Shown here one piece after another: positions 18,327 through 27,668 of a stretch of DNA of 64,000 nt (position 1 is the stretch's first letter; every line of letters starts with the position of its first letter). The position numbers were made by a program, and so were the translations under genes. This DNA is from Eubacteriales bacterium (GTDB lineage: Bacteria > Bacillota > Clostridia > Oscillospirales > CAG-272), in the NCBI GenBank assembly GCA_045653805.1, contig JAZOMF010000084.1, positions 1,691 to 65,690 of the forward strand, in the 5' to 3' direction. The notes under the pieces were generated by a model, which was not told the origin of the DNA, searched no databases, and saw nothing but the letters and a program-made list of their open reading frames with translations.

Positions 18327-18355
18327 ATTATATCACAACAAAAGCTCTTTGTCAA
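18327..18355 (-). promoter_or_regulatory. Consensus sigma-A promoter upstream of the cpsC-like gene
   Basis: Minus strand TTGACA (18355-18350), 17 nt, TATAAT (18332-18327). Confidence 0.6.
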
Positions 18356-18479
18356 TAGAAATTTCCAACAATATTTTATATATATCGAAATTTACTTAAA
18401 GGCACATGAAATACCATTCACAAATTTCCACCAATATGTTTTTTCCAAGCGTTACACCTTTAATAACCAAAAAATTGAA

Positions 18480-18917
18480 TTAGTCAAAGCTGTCTGCAAA
18501 TGCAGTAGCCAGCTTGTCGCATCTTTCGTTATAGGGATGACCGTTATGCCCCTTGACCCACACAAAACTAACCTTGTGATTATCTAAAAGGGACAAAAGC
18601 TCGCGCCACAGATCAACGTTAAGCACCTCGCCCCGGTCGCTTTTGCGCCAATTATTCTTTTGCCAATTATCAAGCCAACCCTTTTCTATAGCATTGACAA
18701 CGTACTGGGAGTCGGTGGTCAACGTGACCTCGCACGGCTCCTTTAATGCGGAAAGCGCCGCAATGACTGCCGACAGCTCCATCCTGTTATTGGTGGTAAG
18801 CGGCTCGCCACCGCTCAATTCCTTTTCCGTAGAACCGTAAACAAGCACCGCTCCCCAGCCGCCATGACCGGGATTTCCGCGACAGGCACCGTCTGTGTAT
18901 ATATTGACTTTTTTCAT
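18480..18917 (-). CDS. rnhA: Ribonuclease HI
   Basis: [32 protein letters not shown] and [14 protein letters not shown] motifs. Confidence 0.9.
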   Translation of the reverse strand: MKKVNIYTDGACRGNPGHGGWGAVLVYGSTEKELSGGEPLTTNNRMELSAVIAALSALKEPCEVTLTTDSQYVVNAIEKGWLDNWQKNNWRKSDRGEVLNVDLWRELLSLLDNHKVSFVWVKGHNGHPYNERCDKLATAFADSFD

Positions 18918-19056
18918 CAAAAAATCCCTTTCAATTAATAAATCTTAATTCAGTATAACATTACTTTGCGCAAAAATCAATAATAACTTTAAAATATTTC
19001 AGTTTAAAGCGTGAATATTTTATTAACACACAGCATGAATGTTTCAAAAAATTCTC

Positions 19057-19085
19057 TTGACATCACAAAATATTCGGGTTATAAT
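19057..19085 (+). promoter_or_regulatory. Consensus sigma-A promoter
   Basis: TTGACA (19057-19062), 17 nt, TATAAT (19080-19085), 54 nt upstream of the 19139 ATG. Confidence 0.6.
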
Positions 19086-19138
19086 GATTAAGTACAGTTA
19101 TTGTTAATGCCCCCAATTAACCATTTCAAGGAGGATTT

Positions 19139-20104
19139 ATGACAGAAGTTAACAACAATCAAGAAATGCTTGAGGAAGCAGCAGCGCAGCAGAGCGAAGG
19201 CACTGCTCAAAAAAAGAGCGAAAGACCCCAGAGACGCCGCCGTCTCGGAGATCGCAAGGACGGTTATAGACTCCGCACCATTCACGGCATGAATAAGATC
19301 ATGCCCTTTATAATGCCCCAGCGCAACGACGCCTGCAACACATTTGCAGAAACTCTCGACATCACTGAGGCAGAAAAATTCGTAAGTGAGCAGCTCATAG
19401 CGGGCAACGAAAACTTTTCAATGCTCCACGTTATCATCGCTGCATACATAAGAACCATTTCTCAACATCCTGCACTTAACCGTTTCATTAACGGTCAGCG
19501 CGTGTATGCCAGAAACGATATTCAGGTCACCATGACCGTTAAAAAGGAAATGACGCTCGAATCTCCCGACACCTGCATCAAGGTGTGGTTTGAGCCCGAT
19601 GACACCATTTTTGACGTATATGAAAAATTCAACAAAGTGGTTGCAGAGGCTAAAGAAGAGGAAAACGGCAATGCAGGTTTTGAAAGTGTTCTCGGCACCC
19701 TCTCAAAGCTTCCCCGCCCCATTCTCCGTCTTGCGGTTTGGGCGTTGAACGTTATGGACTACTACGGACTTCTTCCTATGTCCCTGCTTAAGATCAGCCC
19801 GTTCCACGGTTCGATGATAATTACCAGCATGGGATCTCTCGGAATCAAGCCCATCTATCACCACATCTACAATTTCGGTAATCTCCCCGTATTCGTGTCT
19901 TACGGCACCAAGCGCCGCGAGTTTACATTCGACCGCAAGGGCAATATGGTAACTAAAAAGGTAATTGATATGAAGATAGTTACCGACGAGAGAATTTGTG
20001 ACGGATTCCAGTACGCCGCCGCATTCAAGTGCTGGAAGAAGTACATAGAAAACCCCTCGCTTCTTGTAAGCCCTCCCGAAACCGTAAAATACGATGTAGA
20101 TTAA
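19139..20104 (+). CDS. 2-oxoacid dehydrogenase E2-type acyltransferase catalytic-domain protein (stand-alone, variant active-site motif)
   Basis: The C-terminal region IDMKIVTDERICDGFQYAAAFKCWKKYIENPSLL aligns with the E2 DHRxxDG...ENP region. There are no lipoyl or PSBD domains. AGGAGG RBS. Confidence 0.7.
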   Translation: MTEVNNNQEMLEEAAAQQSEGTAQKKSERPQRRRRLGDRKDGYRLRTIHGMNKIMPFIMPQRNDACNTFAETLDITEAEKFVSEQLIAGNENFSMLHVIIAAYIRTISQHPALNRFINGQRVYARNDIQVTMTVKKEMTLESPDTCIKVWFEPDDTIFDVYEKFNKVVAEAKEEENGNAGFESVLGTLSKLPRPILRLAVWALNVMDYYGLLPMSLLKISPFHGSMIITSMGSLGIKPIYHHIYNFGNLPVFVSYGTKRREFTFDRKGNMVTKKVIDMKIVTDERICDGFQYAAAFKCWKKYIENPSLLVSPPETVKYDVD

Positions 20105-20126
20105 CATCTACGCCTTCTATAAGTTT

Positions 20127-20160
20127 TCAAGCCGCCAATCATCTTGGCGGCTTGAATTTA
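20127..20160 (+). terminator. Rho-independent terminator
   Basis: TCAAGCCGCCAA-TCATC-TTGGCGGCTTGA, a 12-bp stem followed by ATTT. Confidence 0.6.
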
Positions 20161-20314
20161 GCATATGCTTTTAACATTCGGTTTGTTTTCAAATCATTTG
20201 TTGCTAAATTGTGCAAAAAACAACGTCTACAAGGTCTTTTACCTTACAGACGTTTATTTTTGAGTATTTTCAGCGGTTAGCAAACAACCCGAAAGCTATC
20301 AAACCAATCACTAT

Positions 20315-21856
20315 TTAATGAAGCTTGATGAGCACCGCGCCGTATTCACTGACATTCAGCACAAGGCGTTTTTTCATTCCCGATAAGGAAACCGAGTCGG
20401 CAAGCTCCATATTTTTAACGCCATCCAGCATATAAACATCTGCAGAATATTGCTCGTCGGTTATACCGTCAATACGAAGGTCAACCACTCCGCATCCGCC
20501 AAAGGACGCGAGCATGATTATTCCCTCTCCACCGTCACTCAACGCCGCAGAGGCATAGATGCCGCTGTGAGCAAAGCCGTCCTGACGGTCTACGGTGCAA
20601 AGCACCGCATTTCTCGCCCTGTAAAGCTCTCCAAAGGAGCGGAAAGCATAGAAAGGCTTCTCGGGTATGCCGAATCTATCGGTAAGCGAGCAGAATGACG
20701 AGATTGCAGGCTGGGCATCAAAGAAACAAGCCCCCGCTATATCGTCCACTGCATTTAACTCCAGCATCATTGCCGCGGCATACGCCGCGCCCTTGACAGA
20801 GCGTGCAGACAGCGCCAGCTCTCGTCTCATATCACGTGTCCGAGGATCATTGACCCTCAAAGCCTTTTGCAGAGGCGTGTCGCCAAGAATATCGCAGTCA
20901 ACCATCATCCATCTGCCAAGAATTATTTCAAGACCGGCAAATCCTTGATTCTTAGCAAACATCGAGAGAGATTCTATCTCGCCGCACACACGCGACGGAT
21001 CTGCGCCAAAGCTTTCAACCGTCAAGAAATCAATGGGATACCTGTGCTTTTGACAGGCTCTCAATAATTCGCGGGATTTGGTGGCATCGCCATAGCACAT
21101 TCCGCCAACCCTTATAGACTCATTGTGCATCTTCACGGCATTTGCAAGTCTGCCATATATCTCTATATCGCGTTTAGAATCCTCCCCACCGTTCCACAGC
21201 TCAAAATATTGAATATCAAAGTGATATCCATTCGCCCAGCCCTCGTTGTAGTGACGAATAATATTAACACAAATGCGCGACAGCAGATCGAGGTCATCAT
21301 ACGTCTTATCCGAGATAGTGCCCAGCAGATCTCGGCTCTCGCCAAGTCTATATATCACTTTAGCACCTGTCAAAAGCGCCGATTCAACGTATTTATCGGT
21401 TAATTCAAAGGAATAATTATCGGGGTCAGAGGGATCGCGGTCAAGGTTGTGGAATATTTTTGAAACATCCACCGCATAACCGCCCGCCGCGGTATCCGCG
21501 CCGTCAAAACGAATATAGGGCACACCTATCTCGCGGAAAGCATCGCTTATATCAGCGCCATAGGACACAGGACCGTTGCACATTCCGTGCATAGGCTTGA
21601 TCTCGCCCGCGAGGATAGAAAGATCCACCCTCACCGTAGCACTTTGAGGCTTGGGCTTGCAAACGCGCGCCTTTTCAGGCTTCACAGCCTCGCTCTTAAC
21701 CACAATAGGCTCTTCCGTTACCGCTTTTTCATCTTTATTACTTGAAGAGGCGCCATCATCCGTCATAGCACGTCTTTTTTGTTCCTGCTCCGCCTCAAAA
21801 AGAGCAACCCGCTCTCCGGCAGACAAAGTATTTTTTGCTTTAGGCTTTCTCGGCAT
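20315..21856 (-). CDS. Hypothetical protein, possibly a clan-A-like (beta/alpha)8 glycoside-hydrolase fold with a charged disordered N-terminus
   Basis: ATG 21856 with AAGGAGG 7 nt upstream. The first roughly 85 aa are K/E-rich low complexity, followed by MHGMCNGPV..., FELWNGGED and DFLTVESFG. The family assignment is a guess. Confidence 0.5.
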   Translation of the reverse strand: MPRKPKAKNTLSAGERVALFEAEQEQKRRAMTDDGASSSNKDEKAVTEEPIVVKSEAVKPEKARVCKPKPQSATVRVDLSILAGEIKPMHGMCNGPVSYGADISDAFREIGVPYIRFDGADTAAGGYAVDVSKIFHNLDRDPSDPDNYSFELTDKYVESALLTGAKVIYRLGESRDLLGTISDKTYDDLDLLSRICVNIIRHYNEGWANGYHFDIQYFELWNGGEDSKRDIEIYGRLANAVKMHNESIRVGGMCYGDATKSRELLRACQKHRYPIDFLTVESFGADPSRVCGEIESLSMFAKNQGFAGLEIILGRWMMVDCDILGDTPLQKALRVNDPRTRDMRRELALSARSVKGAAYAAAMMLELNAVDDIAGACFFDAQPAISSFCSLTDRFGIPEKPFYAFRSFGELYRARNAVLCTVDRQDGFAHSGIYASAALSDGGEGIIMLASFGGCGVVDLRIDGITDEQYSADVYMLDGVKNMELADSVSLSGMKKRLVLNVSEYGAVLIKLH

Positions 21857-21899
21857 GATCGCGCCTCCTTTCAATAGAATCAGTTAAAATAATCGTTTG

Positions 21900-23141
21900 T
21901 CAGAACGCCCAAAGTCCGTTTTCAAAGATAACGAACTCACTACCGTCCTTCTTGATACCGATAATAGACATGTCATCGGTTCCTACCATAAAGTCAACGT
22001 GGAGGGCAGAATCGTTAACGCCCATCTCGGTCAACTGCTCCTTGGTGTAGTTCTGGTAGTCCTTGACGGTATTGGTGTAGCCTGCACCGATTGCAAAGTG
22101 ACAAGCGGCATTCTCATCGAAAAGGGTCTCATAGAACATAATACCGCTCTCACGAATGGGGGAGTTGTAAGGAACGAATGCGCACTCGCCAAGTCTGGAC
22201 GCGCCCTCGTCCATGCTGATCATAGTATTAAGCAGAGCCTCGTTCTTTTCAGCCTTAGCCTCAACTACCTTACCGCCCTCAAATCTCATGCTGAAGTTGT
22301 CGATGATCTCGCCTCTCCAAGAAAGGGGCATGGAGGAATAAACGATCCCCTCTGCAACTCCTGCCTTGGGGGTAGCAAAGACCTCCTCGGTAGGAATATT
22401 GGGATTGAAATATTCGCCGCCGAGAGTATGCTCTCCACCGCCCAAAAAGTTTCCGTTTTCAAGGAGACCTACGCGAAAGTCGGTTCCGTTTGCGGACTTG
22501 TAGCGAAGCTCAACAAGACCTGCATTGTTGAGGATCTCGCAACGCTTGCTGATGTTCTCATTGTGCTTGTCCCACTCGCCAACAGCATCAAGGATATTGC
22601 CGTCCTTGTCTATAACGCGAGATGCGAGAAGGATCGCGCTCCAAAGCTTTTCAACCGCTACGCTGACTCTCTCACCGGGGAATATCTTCTTTGCCCAAGC
22701 ATTACCGGGAACAGCCGCGATGCACCACTTATATTTGTTGTCCATTTTCTCTCTGTAGGGCTTGATGATCTTCTGCTTTGCGATCATAGAAGCCGCCATC
22801 TTCTTCTGGTTGATGCCCTTGAGACCGTCGGGGTCATCGCTGGCAAGATAAAGCATGGCGGGGTTCTTTTCAAGTCTAAACTTGAGTTTCTCCTCCTCAA
22901 ACGCCTCAACTGTACCGAGAAGCTTCTGGCTCATGTTGTTAACGTTGAGCTTGGTGAGGGGCTGATAAGACCATTCTACCATAACTCTCGCCGCCTTTGC
23001 GCGGTAGCACTCCTCAACAACCATCTTTACGAATTCGGGCTGATCGAGTCCTGCATTTACTATAACGTAGTCGCCCTTCTTAACGGCAATTCCGCTCTTT
23101 ACGAGCAGTCGGGCATATTCTCTCAAAACTGTCTTTTTCAT
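21900..23141 (-). CDS. Aminopeptidase, M29 (AmpS/PepS) family
   Basis: MKKTVLREYARLLVKSGIAVKKGDYVIVNAGLDQPEFVKMVVEECYRAKAARV is a typical M29 N-terminus. AAGAGG RBS at the chosen ATG. Confidence 0.88.
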   Translation of the reverse strand: MKKTVLREYARLLVKSGIAVKKGDYVIVNAGLDQPEFVKMVVEECYRAKAARVMVEWSYQPLTKLNVNNMSQKLLGTVEAFEEEKLKFRLEKNPAMLYLASDDPDGLKGINQKKMAASMIAKQKIIKPYREKMDNKYKWCIAAVPGNAWAKKIFPGERVSVAVEKLWSAILLASRVIDKDGNILDAVGEWDKHNENISKRCEILNNAGLVELRYKSANGTDFRVGLLENGNFLGGGEHTLGGEYFNPNIPTEEVFATPKAGVAEGIVYSSMPLSWRGEIIDNFSMRFEGGKVVEAKAEKNEALLNTMISMDEGASRLGECAFVPYNSPIRESGIMFYETLFDENAACHFAIGAGYTNTVKDYQNYTKEQLTEMGVNDSALHVDFMVGTDDMSIIGIKKDGSEFVIFENGLWAF

Positions 23142-23214
23142 AACGATAATACCTCTTAATTTCTTATTTTCGCGGCAAAGCCACACTTTTAGTATATTAC
23201 TTCAAGATAAAGCC

Positions 23215-24144
23215 TTATCTTTTTGATATGCAGTTTATCTGCACAAGCGCATTTTGTCTGTGCTTTCTGATAATTATGTCAAGTATCAATCCTATCGCAA
23301 AGTAAATGATAGACGCAAGCACCACCACGGTTGAAACTATCAAGGTGGGCATACGCGTTACCAGACCCGTTTGCAGATATTCGACAAATATCCAGGTAAA
23401 CAATCCCGCTCCCGACGCAAAAAGCAAGGCAGAAATGATACCGAAGAACATCATGGGGCGATAATTCTTGAACATTCTGAAGATAGTTCCGATAACTCGC
23501 ATTCCGTCCTTGATGGTGTTGAGCTTGGAAACACTGCCCTCGGGGCGGTCTCTGTACTGAACGGGTATTTCACAAATATTGAATTTCTTGTCAAGAGCAT
23601 TGATGGTCATTTCGGTCTCAACCTCAAAGCCGTTGCTCTCGATAGGCATAAGTTTAACGAAATCGTAGCTAAAGGCTCTGTATCCCGTCATAATATCCTT
23701 AACGTCTCCCGAGAAAAGCTTATTGATAAGCCAACGAACCAATCTGTTGCCAAAATTATGGAAGGCGCGCTTGTTTTCCACGAAATAGGTTGAGGAAAGT
23801 CGGTCTCCGATGACCATATCCATGTTCTCCTCAAGCACAAGTCTTGCCATCTCTCGCGCATGCTCGGCAGGATAGGTATCGTCTCCGTCTGCCATAATAT
23901 AGCAATCGGCGTCTATCTGACGAAACATACTGCGAATCACGTTACCCTTACCCTGTCGGTACTCATTTCTTACCACAACGCCCTCAATAGAAGAGGCGAT
24001 CTCCGCGGTGCGGTCGGTGGAATTATTATTATAAACGTAGATAGTCGCCTCGGGCAGCTCGCGCCGAAAGTCACGAATGACCTTCTCGATAGTCTGCTCT
24101 TCATTATAACACGGTAAAAGCACCGCGATCCTTTTGTCAGTCAT
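23215..24144 (-). CDS. GT2 polyprenyl-phosphate glycosyltransferase (GtrB/CsbB/DPM1-like) with two C-terminal TM helices
   Basis: VLLPCYNEE, ADGDDTYP and DxD-type motifs. The C-terminal hydrophobic pair is typical of GtrB-like enzymes. Confidence 0.88.
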   Translation of the reverse strand: MTDKRIAVLLPCYNEEQTIEKVIRDFRRELPEATIYVYNNNSTDRTAEIASSIEGVVVRNEYRQGKGNVIRSMFRQIDADCYIMADGDDTYPAEHAREMARLVLEENMDMVIGDRLSSTYFVENKRAFHNFGNRLVRWLINKLFSGDVKDIMTGYRAFSYDFVKLMPIESNGFEVETEMTINALDKKFNICEIPVQYRDRPEGSVSKLNTIKDGMRVIGTIFRMFKNYRPMMFFGIISALLFASGAGLFTWIFVEYLQTGLVTRMPTLIVSTVVVLASIIYFAIGLILDIIIRKHRQNALVQINCISKR

Positions 24145-24181
24145 CTTTATTCTCCATTCTGCCCGATAGGGCTATCGAATT

Positions 24182-26476
24182 TTAGCAATACCAGAACATA
24201 TAAGGTATTACCTGTTCTATATCCACGACACGCATTACCAGCGCGCCCTGATATATAACCATTGCTACCGCACAGATCAAAAGTCCCGCGCGCATGGCAT
24301 AATGCGCTTTATCGTTCTTGAAATGATCGATCATCGCCAGCACTATAAACGCCGCCGACATATAGAGCATAAGCGAGAAATCCGCAAAATAGCGCTGCAA
24401 TATTCCCGCAAACTGTGCATCCAGCAGGGGGGTTATGATCCCTATTGCAGTAAGGACAAGCACCGGTGCTAAAACCTTGTACTTTTTCAAAATATCCTTT
24501 ACAAACGGGATAAGGAATATGCTCAGAAGCAATGGCGAATACGCGAATATTCCGCCGTAGGTGCTCTCTCTAATAGTCACTCCCATATACGAGCTGTCGA
24601 AATCAGCATATCGGATAAAGGGGAAGGTTGCCGTCATCTTGGGAAATTGAAGGAGATAGGAGTACACCGCAGGGAACATTCTCTCCCAAACGAAGCCTCT
24701 GGAGGTCATATCGTTGGTGGTTAGATTGTAATTCGCTCCAAAATCAAAGGGAGAATCAAATCGACTGTAATTATACCACATCATTCCCGCCGCAACTATG
24801 ATATATGGCAGTGCAAACGCCAGCGCGTTCATAATAGATGTGCTCTTGAATATCCGCTTCTCCTTGAGAGCCGAGACGGTCTCTCCCCAGAAGAAAGGAA
24901 TAGCCAGCGCCGAGAACAGCAGCAGATTAGGTCTGCATCCCGACACAAACGCCATACAAAGAGATCCGAGAATAAGCTTGGGGATGCGGAGCGTCTTACT
25001 GCTAAGTGCGGACAGCCAAAGCGCCAGACCGCAAACGGTAAATGCAAGTGCCGCCATGATCGGAACCGAATACATATCGGCATAGGACACCATAAAGAGT
25101 AGTCCGCTTCCGTTTACAACGAGGAGCGAGATCACCAAATAGGAAATATAGGATATGCCTATATTGGGGAAATAATGCTTGATAAGCTGCTTTATGAAGG
25201 CGAAGCAGCCCGCAATAAAGATTATCGCAAAAATAAACAGCGCTATATCGTTGGGAAGATTTTCGCCCGTCAGCACGAAATAAGGCAGATAGGTCAAAAG
25301 ACAGGGGATCACACCGAAATAGACGTAATAATGCCCGTTATACAGCGCGGCATCCCAATAATACGCCTTACCCTGTGCTCGTCTCAATGCGTAGTCATAA
25401 GGGTTTTCCATATCCAAAAGGAACTGGGGCACCTCTTCTTCAAGGTACAAATGACCATTAAGGAATGACTGTGCAAGCTGTTGATATTGAGCCTGATGCT
25501 TGGCAAGAAGCTCCAGATAATGCTTGGATGAGGATATAATGAGGAATATCATCAATATCTCAACGCACACCACTGCCGCCGTCGTGGCCGTCTGCCAAGG
25601 TGAATCATTCAGCTTTGCTTTGTGCGCGGGGCTTCCCGGAAGAGCGAGGCTCAACAGGAGCGCCACTGCAAAAAGCAGCACCACGCGACCTATGTCAAAA
25701 TTAAAGGGCTTGGGTGTGTTGACCGCAATACTCTTCACGGTCATATCGGCTTCGACCGAGCCATCGGGAGTAAATGTCAGCTTTACCTTATCGGTTCTTC
25801 CCCTAAGCTGCATGGGAATATACTGTGAGGGGGAGTCAGGGTAGACCCTGCGGCTCGGCATAGACGTGATATAAAGCTCGTTGGCTTTGTCGGTCGCCTC
25901 GACCTTCACCGTATAAGGAATTTCCTCGCCCTGTGCGTTCACCATAGTTATATCAAGATAAAGATTTTGGAAGTCGATGAGTATATTCTCGGACTCAAAA
26001 ACCGCCACCTTACCCTTGTTTATATGATATTTGCCATCTGCCGACGAGGAGGATGCCGAAATTTTGCCGAATCTGTTCAGATCCAGCGAATTATATTCGT
26101 GAGACTGTATCGCTCTGGAATTGAAAGCAAACACCTCAGCGGAAATAACGCAAATGAGGCATATCAACGCCATCCATGCAAGCTTTTCCATCCCTACCCT
26201 TTTTTTAAGCAAGGACAGACAGATCGAAAGCGCAACCACCGCTACGGATATTCCCGCAAGGATCAGCAGCTTGTACCACGTCATATTCAATATGACGAAA
26301 TAATCATAATTTACCGCCATAAGCAGTATCAGTGACACCACCACTTCAATTATAAGCTTTTTCCCGAAATTCAAGCTGAATATGCAACGCTTGAACCCAA
26401 CGCCTCGCCCATTCAGCAGAAATTCCCCGCCAACGGCAAGACCGATCAAAAAAATAATACCGAACGCTAAAAGCAT
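24182..26476 (-). CDS. Large polytopic membrane protein, putative GT-C-fold glycosyltransferase
   Basis: 764 aa with more than 12 hydrophobic segments plus a roughly 130-aa soluble insert. YWDAALYNGHYYVYFGVIP resembles the first-loop motif of GT-C enzymes. Lies 37 nt downstream of the GT2 gene. Confidence 0.55.
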   Translation of the reverse strand: MLLAFGIIFLIGLAVGGEFLLNGRGVGFKRCIFSLNFGKKLIIEVVVSLILLMAVNYDYFVILNMTWYKLLILAGISVAVVALSICLSLLKKRVGMEKLAWMALICLICVISAEVFAFNSRAIQSHEYNSLDLNRFGKISASSSSADGKYHINKGKVAVFESENILIDFQNLYLDITMVNAQGEEIPYTVKVEATDKANELYITSMPSRRVYPDSPSQYIPMQLRGRTDKVKLTFTPDGSVEADMTVKSIAVNTPKPFNFDIGRVVLLFAVALLLSLALPGSPAHKAKLNDSPWQTATTAAVVCVEILMIFLIISSSKHYLELLAKHQAQYQQLAQSFLNGHLYLEEEVPQFLLDMENPYDYALRRAQGKAYYWDAALYNGHYYVYFGVIPCLLTYLPYFVLTGENLPNDIALFIFAIIFIAGCFAFIKQLIKHYFPNIGISYISYLVISLLVVNGSGLLFMVSYADMYSVPIMAALAFTVCGLALWLSALSSKTLRIPKLILGSLCMAFVSGCRPNLLLFSALAIPFFWGETVSALKEKRIFKSTSIMNALAFALPYIIVAAGMMWYNYSRFDSPFDFGANYNLTTNDMTSRGFVWERMFPAVYSYLLQFPKMTATFPFIRYADFDSSYMGVTIRESTYGGIFAYSPLLLSIFLIPFVKDILKKYKVLAPVLVLTAIGIITPLLDAQFAGILQRYFADFSLMLYMSAAFIVLAMIDHFKNDKAHYAMRAGLLICAVAMVIYQGALVMRVVDIEQVIPYMFWYC

Positions 26477-26603
26477 ACGTAAATCTCCATAAAACGTTTA
26501 TTAGGTGAACACAATAATATCAACTTTAATTTTACCACACATATACATCATTGTCAAGGGTATTTCACCCGAAATGCTCTGCTCCTCTCCGTCGCCTGGC
26601 ACA

Positions 26604-26640
26604 AGAGCAAACAAGCCGTCCTGCCAATGACAGGACGGCT
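26604..26640 (-). terminator. Terminator of the SASP gene
   Basis: AGCCGTCCTG / CAGGACGGCT 10-bp stem (26614-26640), followed on the minus strand by TGTTTGCTCT. Confidence 0.6.
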
Positions 26641-26667
26641 CCAACCATTAATCAGGTCTAGCTTTAA

Positions 26668-26853
26668 TTACTTTGCCTGAATAGAGTTTTCGTAGGATTC
26701 GATCATCTTCTTAACCATCTGACCGCCGATGGAACCTGCCTGACGAGCGGTGAGGTCACCGTTGTAACCGCCATTGTTGAGGTTTACGCCTACTTCGCTT
26801 GCTGCCTGCATCTTGAACTGTTCAAGAGCCTTCTTAGCATTCTTGTTTGCCAT
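26668..26853 (-). CDS. Small acid-soluble spore protein, alpha/beta type
   Basis: 61 aa, MANKNAKKALEQFKMQAASEVGVNLNNGGYNGDLTARQAGSIGGQMVKKMIE, which matches the alpha/beta SASP consensus. AAGGAG RBS. The ORF-track 5' extension was discarded. Confidence 0.9.
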   Translation of the reverse strand: MANKNAKKALEQFKMQAASEVGVNLNNGGYNGDLTARQAGSIGGQMVKKMIESYENSIQAK

Positions 26854-26944
26854 AATATTTCTCCTTGCAGTCTCCCTTGTGGGAAACCTTAATTCTATAT
26901 TGAATCTATAATAAATCGAGCCGCGCCGCAAGACGATAGATTTA

Positions 26945-26966
26945 GCCAAAAAGCCTGCGGCGCAGG
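26945..26966 (-). terminator. Probable terminator ending the rnf-containing transcription unit
   Basis: Minus strand CCTGCGCCGCAGG palindrome followed by CTTTTTGG. Confidence 0.5.
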
Positions 26967-27142
26967 ATTTGCATTATCCAGAAACCGTTCTCAAGCGTTT
27001 GCGAAATCAACTCACTTCGCGTCTCTGATATTATTATGTCGCGCGAAAAAATAAAAATGTATGGCAAAATGAGGATTTTTTAAATCGCTACAACACAAAA
27101 AGCCCGCATCAAAAGATACGAGCTTTTCATCATAAAAAATCA

Positions 27143-27640
27143 TTAGAATTTAACTTTTTCAAGGCGTTTGACAAGCAACCCTGCAATCAAACCGATGGCG
27201 GCACCTGCAGCTGTTCCGCTGACAATAAGCAACGGAAGCTCCAGCGCAAGTCCGGGAGTTTGATACCAGATGCACACCGCTATTATCTGTCCAACGTTGT
27301 GAAGGACTCCGCCGACAATACTTACCGCAATGCACGAAAACCAGTTTGTCTTTTTGAGCAAAATGATTCCCAGCAGGCTCAGTGCCGCGCCGGAAAGGCT
27401 CAAAACCAAGCCTGTAACGTTGGAAAATCCGCAGGCAAACATCAGCAATACACGAATGACACTTACTATCACTGTTTCCTTCCAACCACACTTGTAAAGC
27501 AAAACCATCAATACAAGATTGGGAAATCCTGCCTTAAATCCGGTATTGGTAGCAAAAAACGGAATCTGGCTTTCCACGAAGGAAAGAACCATTGCGAGTG
27601 CAATACACACGCCTATGAAAGCAACTTTTTTTGTTTTCAC
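27143..27640 (-). CDS. Gx-transporter family membrane protein (formerly 'heptaprenyl diphosphate synthase component I'-like)
   Basis: 165 aa with 5 TM segments. LSFVESQIPF...GFKAGFPNLVLMVLLY...IRVLL fits my recollection of that family. GTG start with AAGGAG 8 nt upstream. Confidence 0.7.
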   Translation of the reverse strand: MKTKKVAFIGVCIALAMVLSFVESQIPFFATNTGFKAGFPNLVLMVLLYKCGWKETVIVSVIRVLLMFACGFSNVTGLVLSLSGAALSLLGIILLKKTNWFSCIAVSIVGGVLHNVGQIIAVCIWYQTPGLALELPLLIVSGTAAGAAIGLIAGLLVKRLEKVKF

Positions 27641-27668
27641 TTGATTCTCTCCTTTCGTGAAACGTTAA

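Noticed and set aside
26854-26960. Forespore (sigma-G/sigma-F) promoter for the SASP gene
   Set aside because: One is expected biologically, but I could not find a convincing GnATA/CATnnTA pair at correct spacing by eye. No call is made.
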